Below, one piece after another: positions 14,660-24,548 of a stretch of 64,000 nt of DNA. Origin of the DNA: Parachlamydiales bacterium (GTDB taxonomy: Bacteria > Chlamydiota > Chlamydiia > Chlamydiales > Rhabdochlamydiaceae); assembly GCA_963705295.1 (NCBI GenBank), contig OY970065.1:1760001-1824000 (forward strand), written 5' to 3'. Position 1 is the first letter of the stretch. Every line of letters starts with the position of its first letter. The notes beneath the pieces are model-generated. The model was not told the DNA's origin, searched no databases, and saw only the letters and a list, made by a program, of their open reading frames with translations. The position numbers and the translations under genes were made by a program.

Positions 14660-15667
14660 TTATTTTAATCCGTAGAGAGATCCGTAGAACAAATTTGATA
14701 TCATGGATACGGTAAAGAGCAATCCTAAACAAATGGCCAGCGAATGATTGCAAAACGTCCGCTTTTTTTCTATCTTGCGTATTGAATCGTGGATCTCTTC
14801 GAAACCGTTTAAAAGAAAACGATTTAACCGCTTTAATGAAGAGGAGTCCATTTGGGCTAAATACCGATATCTGGAAGCGGCATCGGGTAGGGTTTGGTAC
14901 GCTTGCAGATGATAGTCCCTAAACCGGACATCGAGATGAAAAACTACTTGAGAGGCCAGGCCGAGCATAGTCTGGGCGAGATAGAACGTCGTACTGTAAG
15001 CCAAAGCTTGAGTTTTAGGATGGTCCGGATAAAGCTCCATATCTTGAAACATCGACGTCAAGTAGTCTTCCCTTGCGCGCAAAACTTCAGCTAAATCAAA
15101 ATTGAAATCAACGAATTGTCCCAGCGCATTCAGATGGGGCATGAGCTGCTGATGAAAGTCGTTGATCAGCGCGACCATTTCCTCATTGGAACCTGGTGGG
15201 TTGTTATAAACATTGGAAAAAGTATCAAAAAGTTTTTGTAAATGCTGGACAAGAGCTTCCAAAGCTTCTCGATTCGGCCCGTTTTGCAAAGATGGCGCGA
15301 GTGACCTCATCCGCGCCTGTAAAAATCGATTGATCTGATCTAAACGGCTACCAATATAGTTTCCAAAAGGCTCCCGAGGGACAAGGATCGAATAGCCTAG
15401 GAGAGAAACTTTAGTACCGACCAAAGATGTCTTATCATAGGGACAAACTTTATGACGGAGATTTCTTAAACAATCTGCATGCATCGCATGACCGCATGAA
15501 AACGTAACTACCTGGCTTTTAAGTGTATAATCACCAAAGCAAAAAAAACATTTCTCAGATAAGTGTTTGACCCTCAATCCCTTAGCATTTTCATACGATC
15601 CAACCCAATTCTCAATGTTTTCAGTCCGCACAGCACATCGATTGAGAAGATGCGTTAGAGTTGCCAT
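14660..15667 (-). CDS. RING-H2-like zinc finger protein with C-terminal TM helix, putative E3 ligase effector
   Basis: C-x2-C...CGH.MH..C......CPYD; hydrophobic C-terminus LAICLGLLFTVSMISNLFY; start moved to MATLTH. Confidence 0.75.
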   Translation of the reverse strand: MATLTHLLNRCAVRTENIENWVGSYENAKGLRVKHLSEKCFFCFGDYTLKSQVVTFSCGHAMHADCLRNLRHKVCPYDKTSLVGTKVSLLGYSILVPREPFGNYIGSRLDQINRFLQARMRSLAPSLQNGPNREALEALVQHLQKLFDTFSNVYNNPPGSNEEMVALINDFHQQLMPHLNALGQFVDFNFDLAEVLRAREDYLTSMFQDMELYPDHPKTQALAYSTTFYLAQTMLGLASQVVFHLDVRFRDYHLQAYQTLPDAASRYRYLAQMDSSSLKRLNRFLLNGFEEIHDSIRKIEKKRTFCNHSLAICLGLLFTVSMISNLFYGSLYGLK

Positions 15668-15748
15668 GCTATCTAATATACAGGAAAACGGTATTGTTAT
15701 AAACAATTTTTTATTGTATAATAACTTTATTAAAAAATAGGCAATAAT

Positions 15749-17155
15749 ATGGCAATTACACAAACTATACCGCATTCTTTTAGTGCTATAAATAAAGAAG
15801 ATGGTTTCACTGAACTCACGAAAAGGCTGCCGGCCGATGAGCTGGCGCGCCTGCATGAGGGATTGTCGCGTGTCACAGATCCTCAGGTCGATTCACTCGT
15901 CACGGCCATGAAAAGCATGAATTGGAAAGCCTCCGTCCTTCAAGAAGAAAATTGTCCTCATATTGCTTTAAAGGCGTATCAAATAATGAAAATTTCAAAA
16001 CTGCAATTCGCAACGGTGATGTTCTACTGGACTAATTTTACAGAGGAGCAAAAAGAGGCTCGCGTCATCCCTCTTTTTACGGAGACGGGTGGTGTCAATC
16101 CTGACGCACGCGAGCTCATCCGTCAGACACTTGTGATAAAAGAGACGCATTTAATCGGGAGAGACTATCGGTTAAAGAGTATGGCACCTGGAACCTCTTT
16201 TATGACCGAGCAGCAACTTGATACTTTAATTGAAGAGATGAGAAAATGCCCGGCTTCGGCACACTGCATTTTCCTTAAAGAAAAGGGGAAGCTGTCGGAG
16301 ATCGTTAGACGGATTCATCGGAATGGTTTCAATGTTTTTTATGAAACAGATCAAGGAATCATGGTTCCGACATGTGAGTTGGTACAAACGTATTTAAGGG
16401 TCAAATATGGAATCGACAGTTTCAATATCAATGTTGTCCTCGGTTGGTCGACTTTAAATCAAATCTATGAATCGCTCAAAAAGAGAGAAAGAGATTTGGT
16501 TCTCCGTTTTCCAGGCACAACAATTCCCCTGCTTGCCGATGGAGCGGAAGCGCGTGGCTTTTCCATCACATGGCACGATATTTTCCATCTTGCTCTCAAC
16601 TCAGGCGCTTCTGCACCATTTGTAGAATTCTGTTTAAAATTAGCAGATTTTTCTAAAGAGTACTTTGAAGCCCATCCTGAATGCAAGCTCGCTGAAAAGT
16701 TTCATGAAGCCGTCGTCGATATGGAACTGGTTTATCAGCAGAGAGAATATTATGATCAACTCTTAGGTGAAAATAATAGAGCGGTTTATTCTATCTGGGG
16801 AGGCGCACTTGCAACCAATCTATATAAAGCAAAAATATTGATGAAGGCTGACAGTTTGGCGACAACGTTAACAGAAAGGCGATTCCTGGAAGCCCTTGTC
16901 CAGGCTATTCCCCAGAATGAAGCTTATCGGTGCGGGCGGACAAAAGAAGCCGATGATATCGATGAAGAAATCGAAATGGCCTTGGCACGTTTAAAAATGC
17001 AACTTTTTTATTTTCCCTTTTTTTTCTTCGGCGGGCTTGCACAACTCGAAGATCTCAAACAGACCAACATCCACCGTGTGGTCAGTAATGCTTGGAAGAG
17101 AAGGCTCATGGATCGTGAAACCTCAGGAAATACACGGCGGATGGTCGGAGGATAA
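15749..17155 (+). CDS. HDxxH-family hypothetical protein, paralog 2
   Basis: Shared motifs GF.ELT.RLP, PHIALKA, FPGT, WHDIFH, VDME. Confidence 0.85.
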   Translation: MAITQTIPHSFSAINKEDGFTELTKRLPADELARLHEGLSRVTDPQVDSLVTAMKSMNWKASVLQEENCPHIALKAYQIMKISKLQFATVMFYWTNFTEEQKEARVIPLFTETGGVNPDARELIRQTLVIKETHLIGRDYRLKSMAPGTSFMTEQQLDTLIEEMRKCPASAHCIFLKEKGKLSEIVRRIHRNGFNVFYETDQGIMVPTCELVQTYLRVKYGIDSFNINVVLGWSTLNQIYESLKKRERDLVLRFPGTTIPLLADGAEARGFSITWHDIFHLALNSGASAPFVEFCLKLADFSKEYFEAHPECKLAEKFHEAVVDMELVYQQREYYDQLLGENNRAVYSIWGGALATNLYKAKILMKADSLATTLTERRFLEALVQAIPQNEAYRCGRTKEADDIDEEIEMALARLKMQLFYFPFFFFGGLAQLEDLKQTNIHRVVSNAWKRRLMDRETSGNTRRMVGG

Positions 17156-17158
17156 CGA

Positions 17159-18574
17159 ATGGCTACTATACAACCTGCAGCGTCTTCTTTACGTACGGTG
17201 AATTTAACTCCAGTCACATCCGCTTCCAACGAGGGAGGGTTTATTGAACTAACACGCAGGCTTCCCGCAGATGAGCTGGCGCTCCTGCATGAGGGATTGT
17301 CGCGCGTGACCGGGGAAGAAGTTCACTCCTTAGTCGTTGCTATGAACCGGGGAGACTGGAAGGCAAAGATCTTTGAGAAGAATAATTATCCCCACATTGC
17401 TTTAAAAGCCTTTCAAATGGGAGAAATTTCTGAAATTCAGTTTGGAACGATCATGTTCTATTGGATGAATTCTAACGGCGAAATTAAAGAGATTCCCCTC
17501 TTCACGGAAACGGGAGATGTTAACCCTGTAGCGAAAGATCTCCTTCGGCAGACTCTTCTTGTCCGACCTTACAAAAGAGACCTTTATAAAAATCTGGAAC
17601 CGGGTACATCCTTTTTAACAGAAAGCCAGCTCAATGATCTTTTGGAAGAGATGCGACATTATCCCCCTTTAGAACGTTATCTTTTTCTCAAAGAAGAGAA
17701 GAAAATCCCAGACATAGTCAAGATTATTCAACAGATTGGGATCAATGTCTTTTATCAGACAGATCAAGGTGTGATCATCCCATCGGCTGCACTCGTTCAA
17801 GCTTTTCTCGATGCGAGATATGGAGAAAAAGGACTCAAGGCCCATTTTGTCCTGGGTTTTTCAACGCCACGAGACATCTCTGAAAGTATCTCAAAAAATA
17901 GGAGGGAGGTTGTCCTCCGTTTTCCAGGAACGACAATCACTGATAGTGCCGATGGAAAGGCTGCCCCAGGATGGGCCATCACATATCACGATATTTATCA
18001 TTTAATCGTTGTTTCTGCACTCGATATCTGGCTCCGTAACTTGTTATTAAAAATCGGAGATTTCTCTCAGAAATATTATGAGCAAAATCCCACCTATAAG
18101 CTTGCACAAAGATTTTACGAACTCATTATTGATATGGAGTACGTCTTTGCACTCGATGAATTTATTTGTCGCAATCCTGGTGCAAAATTAACCACGAAAA
18201 CAAACTTTATTTTCTGGGGCTGCATCACAGGCTCTCTATTGCGAGCAAAAAAAGAAAATTATCTGATAACAGAAGACGATCGACGGTTCATTGAAGCCCT
18301 CATTGCTTTTATCCCTATGGATAGAGCTTATGCGGAAGGCCATTTATTCCACGAGCATGAGCACAGGATTGATGAAACGCTCAAAGAGGTCGAAGAAAAA
18401 CTCAACAATATCGATCCAAATAATATTCTTAGTAGATGGATCGGAGCGACTTATGAACCACAAAGAAAAGCGCTGTTGGATTTAAAAAACAACAATGTCG
18501 ATCGGGTCATCGTCCAAGCTTGGAATCGGCGACTCGAGGAAGAAAAAAGAATGGCGGGTCCTTACACAAGGTAA
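17159..18574 (+). CDS. HDxxH-family hypothetical protein, paralog 3
   Basis: YPHIALKA, FPGT, YHDIYH, IDME. Confidence 0.85.
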   Translation: MATIQPAASSLRTVNLTPVTSASNEGGFIELTRRLPADELALLHEGLSRVTGEEVHSLVVAMNRGDWKAKIFEKNNYPHIALKAFQMGEISEIQFGTIMFYWMNSNGEIKEIPLFTETGDVNPVAKDLLRQTLLVRPYKRDLYKNLEPGTSFLTESQLNDLLEEMRHYPPLERYLFLKEEKKIPDIVKIIQQIGINVFYQTDQGVIIPSAALVQAFLDARYGEKGLKAHFVLGFSTPRDISESISKNRREVVLRFPGTTITDSADGKAAPGWAITYHDIYHLIVVSALDIWLRNLLLKIGDFSQKYYEQNPTYKLAQRFYELIIDMEYVFALDEFICRNPGAKLTTKTNFIFWGCITGSLLRAKKENYLITEDDRRFIEALIAFIPMDRAYAEGHLFHEHEHRIDETLKEVEEKLNNIDPNNILSRWIGATYEPQRKALLDLKNNNVDRVIVQAWNRRLEEEKRMAGPYTR

Positions 18575-18578
18575 AAAT

Positions 18579-20039
18579 ATGGCAACCATACAATCTGTAA
18601 CAGATTCTTTTAGTAGAGCAAGTTTAACTCCGGTGTCTTCACCATCCAACGAGGAAGGGTTTATTGAACTAACACGAAGGCTTCCCGCAGATGAGCTGGC
18701 GCTCCTGCATGAGGGATTGTCGCGCGTCAAAGATCATCAGGTCGATTTGCTCGTCACGGCCATGCAAGGGATGAACTGGCAAGCCGCTGTCTTTCTAGAA
18801 GAAAATTATCCTCATATTGCTTTAAAGGCATTTGAAAGAGGGAGAATCACCGAGGAACAATTTACAACGATCATGTTTTATTGGGTCAACTTTACCAAAG
18901 TGCGGAAACGGGCCCGGATTGTTCCACTTTTTACGGAGACAGGTTGTGTTAATCCTAAAGCTCGAGAACTCATCCGAAGCACACTCACCTTAAGGGAGAT
19001 TAAGCGACCCTTATTGGCAACTTTCATAGCTCAACCTGACCTCACTAAACCTGTTCTGACAGAACAACAACTCGATGATTTATTTGAGAAAATGAGAAAG
19101 CACCCCGCTTCCGCACAATGCATTTTCATCAAAGAAAGAGAAAAAACTCCCGAACTCATCAGTAAAATTCAAGAGCTAGGTTTCAATGTACTCTACGAAA
19201 CAAGTGAGGGACCTATGGTCCCTTCCGCAGAACTTGTCAATACTTACTTACAAGTTAAATACGGGGAAACAAATGCCCTTAAAATAAAAGCGGCCCTGGG
19301 TTTTTCTTCAACGGAGGAGATCGGAGATAGCATTGCAGAAGGCAAGAGGCATTTGGCCCTTCCATTTCCTGGCACCACACTTCCTTCTAAGATAGACGAT
19401 TTCGATGCGCGTGATTATGCAATCAGCTGGCACGACATCTATCATTTACTTTTGATCTCAGCCTTAAGTAAAAAATTTCAGGAGTTGTTTTTAAAAATCG
19501 GCCGTTTTTCTAAAGATTATTTCGAAAAGCATGGCCTCATATTCGCAGCTAAGTTTTATGAATTGATGATCGATATGGAATTCCCCATCGCTCAAGAAGA
19601 TCTGCTAAAGTTAGCCTTCGAAAAAGTTGATCCTGATAAGAAAATGAACTATATATTTTGGACGGCTATTATAGGTAATTTTCAAAGGGCAAAAAGGTCA
19701 CAACTCGGTCCATATGATAAATTATTTAATCCTTTCATTGAAGTTTTAAACTCGCCTGAAGAGAGAAAATTCATAGAAGCTCTTCTTAGCTTCATTCCCC
19801 TAGATAAAGAATACAATGAGGGACGGAGGAAAGAACTCGATGAGCTGGATGAAAATCTTAACAAGAGCATAGCCGCGTTTGACATCCAATTTAAAGATGT
19901 ACCCGAAGATTGTGTGAGTAATCAAGATCCAAGACCTTTCTTCCAAGCCGTAAAGGAAGCTCATTTCTACCGTTTTCTCTACGATACGTGGAATCAACGT
20001 GTTACTTCCGACGCAAAACACCTAACCGAACGAACATGA
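18579..20039 (+). CDS. HDxxH-family hypothetical protein, paralog 4
   Basis: Start MATIQS by homology to paralog 3; WHDIYH, IDME. Confidence 0.85.
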   Translation: MATIQSVTDSFSRASLTPVSSPSNEEGFIELTRRLPADELALLHEGLSRVKDHQVDLLVTAMQGMNWQAAVFLEENYPHIALKAFERGRITEEQFTTIMFYWVNFTKVRKRARIVPLFTETGCVNPKARELIRSTLTLREIKRPLLATFIAQPDLTKPVLTEQQLDDLFEKMRKHPASAQCIFIKEREKTPELISKIQELGFNVLYETSEGPMVPSAELVNTYLQVKYGETNALKIKAALGFSSTEEIGDSIAEGKRHLALPFPGTTLPSKIDDFDARDYAISWHDIYHLLLISALSKKFQELFLKIGRFSKDYFEKHGLIFAAKFYELMIDMEFPIAQEDLLKLAFEKVDPDKKMNYIFWTAIIGNFQRAKRSQLGPYDKLFNPFIEVLNSPEERKFIEALLSFIPLDKEYNEGRRKELDELDENLNKSIAAFDIQFKDVPEDCVSNQDPRPFFQAVKEAHFYRFLYDTWNQRVTSDAKHLTERT

Positions 20040-21831
20040 GTCTTTTAAAGATGTGCTTCGTTTTTTCAGGATTCGTTGGATCGATAAACCTTTCAATAAG
20101 ATCTTCTTTTTGAGTGGGAGTTATTTTCATCGAATGGATCAGTGCGGGAATGTAAGTTCCAAAATAAATTTCTCCATTATAAGTGACGGCTCCGTCTAAA
20201 TTTTGTATGTAATCGTTATAGATTTCGGGCATTGACTTGGATAAGTTAAATGTAGCGAACACAATCTCAAAAAGAGAAACAAGATCTCGTTCATAAGTCG
20301 TGAGCGGGACAAATCCTAAACCGCCCCAACCTTTATAACTCTCAAATATATGAAGATTGGACAACATGGAAGAAGAGAATTGTTGCGCGAAGCCGCCTGT
20401 TTGTTGTCGATACCATTCACTCATAGCTCCATACACAGCTTCAATGGGCGCCAGCCGCCAAAGCTCCAAAGTCCTTAAAATTTTGAACTCGTAGACCTTG
20501 AGGGGATCTCCAGAAAGGCCAATTGTTTCGAATTCATCCAATAGTTTCCCCATTGTACGTCTAATCTCGATGGCGCAGTAGTTACCCCCTTCAATACTGA
20601 GTTGTAATAAAGCATCCTCTACATGCGTTTTGTCTTTACACGTGATAAGATGGGGTATAAGTCTCGAACATTTGGAAATCGCCTCTTCTAAAACCCTTTC
20701 ATCCCCCTCTACAGGTTTCTCTCGTTTTAAAATGGCAACTAAATCTGCCATTTGTCTTCGGGTCCAATGAGCTAAAAATCTTTCTGTCGAGAGTCCGTTT
20801 GTGAGGTTTTGAAGATCTCTTTGAAAATCGTTTTGGACCGGGACACCTTTTTTTTCCAACTGGGTTCGCATAAAAGCTCTAAATCGGGTGTCATCTTTTA
20901 ACTTGGGAAGAAGAAGAGAGGTTTTTTTTGTCCAATCGATTCGGTCGAATAAAACCAATAATTTTTGAAAATCTCTATCACAAGGCAAATGATCACCGAG
21001 AATAGGTTTGGAACAATGGGCAGGGTTTATTTCGTACTCTTCATCTCTCCCACCCAGAATTTCTAGAATTTGAGCGGCAGTAAACTCTCTATTTTTAACC
21101 CAGTCTGCATCGATGTCTGAAAGAGCAATTCCTTTTTCCCAACCAAAAAGATAGCGGGCGAAACAACTAACCTGATTTTGTACATAGAAATTCAATGGAC
21201 GATAGTGGGTTATAACTTTATAGAAATTGATCAAACGACTGATAAAGACACCTTGGACAATAAAGGTCATTTTTGCAAGCAATGGCAAATACATATCACT
21301 ATAAATCCTCACCCTGCGAAACATGAAGAAATGCCGTATTGCAATTTCGGAAATACACGCGGTGATGATCCCCAGTCCATAGAGATAGTTTCTAGAGCCT
21401 AGGATAGAAATTGCCGCAAAGAAAGCGGTGATACGAATACCCTTGTTTAAATTTTTTGAGACAAAGGTTGTCATGTTTAATGTCGATGGACTCAATCTTC
21501 TCGGAACCGTTACGAATTTCCACCTCGCAAGCCGTTGATTCCATTGCAGTGCCATCGCCTCGTAATATCCCTCATGGATGAGATGAGAAACCGGCAAGGC
21601 TATATGACACACAGGAACGACATTGCACAAGATATGGAGAGGAATTTTTATCCAAGGTGGATATTTTTCAGCTGCAAGAAAAATGATATTTGCAAGAGTA
21701 GTGACTTGCGAAGCCTGAATCATCGAAGCAAGGAATAAACCGTGTTCTCCTTGTTTGAACTCATCGATCCCATGTTGGATGTGCATGAATTCATAACCCA
21801 AAGCAAATCCATTGATGAATTGCATCACCAT
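20002..21831 (-). CDS. Hypothetical protein with N-terminal hydrophobic segments
   Basis: 609-aa ORF overlapping the stop of the upstream gene; no family recognised. Confidence 0.7.
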   Translation of the reverse strand: MVMQFINGFALGYEFMHIQHGIDEFKQGEHGLFLASMIQASQVTTLANIIFLAAEKYPPWIKIPLHILCNVVPVCHIALPVSHLIHEGYYEAMALQWNQRLARWKFVTVPRRLSPSTLNMTTFVSKNLNKGIRITAFFAAISILGSRNYLYGLGIITACISEIAIRHFFMFRRVRIYSDMYLPLLAKMTFIVQGVFISRLINFYKVITHYRPLNFYVQNQVSCFARYLFGWEKGIALSDIDADWVKNREFTAAQILEILGGRDEEYEINPAHCSKPILGDHLPCDRDFQKLLVLFDRIDWTKKTSLLLPKLKDDTRFRAFMRTQLEKKGVPVQNDFQRDLQNLTNGLSTERFLAHWTRRQMADLVAILKREKPVEGDERVLEEAISKCSRLIPHLITCKDKTHVEDALLQLSIEGGNYCAIEIRRTMGKLLDEFETIGLSGDPLKVYEFKILRTLELWRLAPIEAVYGAMSEWYRQQTGGFAQQFSSSMLSNLHIFESYKGWGGLGFVPLTTYERDLVSLFEIVFATFNLSKSMPEIYNDYIQNLDGAVTYNGEIYFGTYIPALIHSMKITPTQKEDLIERFIDPTNPEKTKHIFKRLMFVRLGVLRRK

Positions 21832-23171
21832 AACAATTCCGCGGTCACTTCTTTGCCAACAAAAATGTCGAACTCTTGGATCATACCTCGCCGTCGAATG
21901 TACTCCATAAAGGCATCGAGAGTTTCTTGGTCGGGAACGATCATTTTGATAGGTCTGGCGGCTTCTTTGATCATGACTTCATTTTCTTGGACGAAAGTGT
22001 TTTGGAGTTTTTCTGTGAATTGGAGAATGGAAGGGCGTTCGAGATAATCGTTCCACGTCGGATCTTTTGCATCCGGATCGTTGGAGGTGGTTTCGAATTG
22101 AGGATTTCGAAATCCATAAAACGCGTCGTAATATTGATATGTTCCCATTTCCAAGGCAGTGAGGGGAATCAAAAAGCGGATGAGACTAAAATAACCGAAA
22201 TCAATCAAAGGCCGTTTTTCTTGGACATCCCGCTCCGTCACAAGTTGCGCCCAGACGCAATCATCGCTTCCTGCCGTTGCATAAAACCGGTAAATCGATG
22301 CCATTTCAGGCCTCAGAGAAGGGGCTAAAAATCCCATTTTCCAGATCGTGAGAGCATCTTCGAAATTTTTATCATTATTGGCCGGATCGTGCCGACCAAT
22401 GGCCGTGATGAGCGCGCGACCACCGGCTGCATAGACCTCTTTAGCCAATCCAGGAATCGCATATCGTTTTTTACCGGGCAGAAGATCGCGCGCTTCCATC
22501 TTGGATAGATACTTTTCGAAAATCTGTTGCATGGTGGGCGACTTTCGAATGATTGCTTCTTTAAGCTCAACGATGGGCATAGCATAAAAAGCAGAGGTAT
22601 TTTCTAAAAAAGTCGCTTCTCGCGGATGAAAAGCACGGAAAAGCATTCCGACCTTCAGTCGCTCGATATCCTCCGCCGATGATGGCTCGATCGCATCTTC
22701 GAGCTCGACATAGGACAAAAGCTTGCTCACCTCAGGCAATGTTCTACTCGAATCGAACTGAACAATCACCCTGTCGAAAAAGTTAGGATATTCCCGATCG
22801 GCTCCGATACAAATTGTCCCCAGCCCTTCAAAGCTCATTTTGTAAGCCATAATATGTTCGCTGGGAGCCCTAGGGTCAATCTCCTTAAAAGGGACTTCCT
22901 CCTTTGGAAGGTTTTCCAAAATCGAGACAAGCCGATTTCGAAAAACATGCGTCACCAAAAAGCTCAGCTCAATCATGTCTCGATCGATCTTCGCCTGAAC
23001 ATTCATCCCATCGACTTTTCCCTTCCCAACTCCATGGAAAAAAGCTCCAAAGTCGTGCTTCTTGCCCGAAGCATCTTCCAAAACCACCCGGTTCTGCTCA
23101 ATTTTTTCCTTAAAAGGATAGAGGTGTTCTCCCACCAGGACAGAGCTTTCCCGTATCGATTCGACTGACAT
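21825..23171 (-). CDS. Hypothetical protein (possible C-terminal ADP-ribosyltransferase-like fold)
   Basis: 448-aa ORF; GFLAPSLR ... CVWAQL ... ENEVMIK. Confidence 0.65.
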   Translation of the reverse strand: MSVESIRESSVLVGEHLYPFKEKIEQNRVVLEDASGKKHDFGAFFHGVGKGKVDGMNVQAKIDRDMIELSFLVTHVFRNRLVSILENLPKEEVPFKEIDPRAPSEHIMAYKMSFEGLGTICIGADREYPNFFDRVIVQFDSSRTLPEVSKLLSYVELEDAIEPSSAEDIERLKVGMLFRAFHPREATFLENTSAFYAMPIVELKEAIIRKSPTMQQIFEKYLSKMEARDLLPGKKRYAIPGLAKEVYAAGGRALITAIGRHDPANNDKNFEDALTIWKMGFLAPSLRPEMASIYRFYATAGSDDCVWAQLVTERDVQEKRPLIDFGYFSLIRFLIPLTALEMGTYQYYDAFYGFRNPQFETTSNDPDAKDPTWNDYLERPSILQFTEKLQNTFVQENEVMIKEAARPIKMIVPDQETLDAFMEYIRRRGMIQEFDIFVGKEVTAELLW

Positions 23172-23375
23172 AGGGGCAAAAGGATACCAAAAACTCTAGC
23201 GATATTCGATCAAAATAATTCTTTTGAAATTCAACCGTTACGAAGATTTCACGCAAAGACGCGCAAGACGCGAAGACGCAATTTTTTTCTTTTTTTAGGT
23301 TGACGCAACAGTAGCAAAACAGTCATCACTAAAGTATTGCATTTTGGGGCAGCGGGGGACTTGTCACCCGACTGT

Positions 23376-24548
23376 CTATTTTATTTCTACCAAAGTATCT
23401 TCAATGCCGCCGGTGACTTCGATGGTGTGGTTTTCGAGGATGAAGACATCGTATTCGAGGCGGACGCCAAATTCGGTGGGGAGGTAGATGCCGGGCTCGA
23501 TAGAGAAGCAGGTGCGGGGGATGAGGGGTCTTTCGTCGAGGGTTTCGTAGCTGTCGATATTGGCACCGGGGCCGTGGTCTTCTTCATGGATATTGTGGCC
23601 GGTTCGGTGGGTGAAAAAATCTCCGTAGCCGGCGTCTAGGATGACTTTGCGGCAGACTTGATCGACTTCGTATCCTTTGACCTCTTCTCTGTGCTCGATT
23701 TTTTGCTGGACAAAGTCGGTGGCGGTCTTTTGGGCATTGCGGACAATTTGGAAGATTTCGAGGTGGCGGGGTGATGGTTGTCCGGCAACGGCAACACGGG
23801 TGATGTCGGCATAGACGGCGTGAGGAAGAGTTCGCTTGCACCAGAGATCGATGAGGATGAAATCCCCTTTTTTCACAAGGAGAGCAGAAGACGGCTCGGG
23901 ATTATAGTGGGGATTGGCGCTGTTTTGATTCACGCCGCAGATCGGAAGGGAATCGGAGGTGCAGCCCCCTTTTTTGATTTCACTGAAGATGAATTGCTGC
24001 ACATCGTATTCGGTGATCTTGCCGAGATTGTTGCCGATCCACTCCCAGGTTTTGGCTGCGGTCTTATCGAGAACATCGGCAGCTTCTTTATGGAGCTTGT
24101 ATTGTTCATCGGTGAAGCGGCAAATAAAGTATTGAAGAAACGGCGCAGAGCTGACGACTTTAACCCCTTGTTCGCGGACGAGATCGAGCATCCCTCCATC
24201 GACTCTGGACATGGTCGGGATAGCACCTCGTGGGGAATATTCCATGGCGACGGTTTTGTAATTTTTGAGAATCTCTTTTAAGTCTGATTCAAAGACGGTT
24301 CTTGCAGAATAGACGAGTTTTTTTCCTGGGAGGTGTTTGAAGATATGGGTTTCGACGGCGTGGATGAGGGCTATGGGCTCGCCGGTTTTAGGGATGAAAT
24401 AACAAAATCTACGGGTGAGCATCGTTTCAGGAGGAATGCCAAGAAAATCGCAGGCGAGTGGATTGATTCGGTGGAAATCATAGAGAAGCCATCCATCGAT
24501 GTTTTTTTCTTGGAGAATCTTCTGAACTTCTTTTAGTTGCATAGACAT
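23376..24548 (-). CDS. Xaa-Pro aminopeptidase, M24 family
   Basis: ILIDLW, YADITR, FTHRTGHNI...DHG, FSIEPGIY, GVRLE metal-ligand motifs. Confidence 0.9.
   Translation of the reverse strand: MSMQLKEVQKILQEKNIDGWLLYDFHRINPLACDFLGIPPETMLTRRFCYFIPKTGEPIALIHAVETHIFKHLPGKKLVYSARTVFESDLKEILKNYKTVAMEYSPRGAIPTMSRVDGGMLDLVREQGVKVVSSAPFLQYFICRFTDEQYKLHKEAADVLDKTAAKTWEWIGNNLGKITEYDVQQFIFSEIKKGGCTSDSLPICGVNQNSANPHYNPEPSSALLVKKGDFILIDLWCKRTLPHAVYADITRVAVAGQPSPRHLEIFQIVRNAQKTATDFVQQKIEHREEVKGYEVDQVCRKVILDAGYGDFFTHRTGHNIHEEDHGPGANIDSYETLDERPLIPRTCFSIEPGIYLPTEFGVRLEYDVFILENHTIEVTGGIEDTLVEIK

Noticed and set aside
23248..23281. Short CGCAAAGACGCGCAAGACGCGAAGACGCA motif run
   Set aside because: Looks like half of a REP-like palindrome, but no complementary arm or second copy was found
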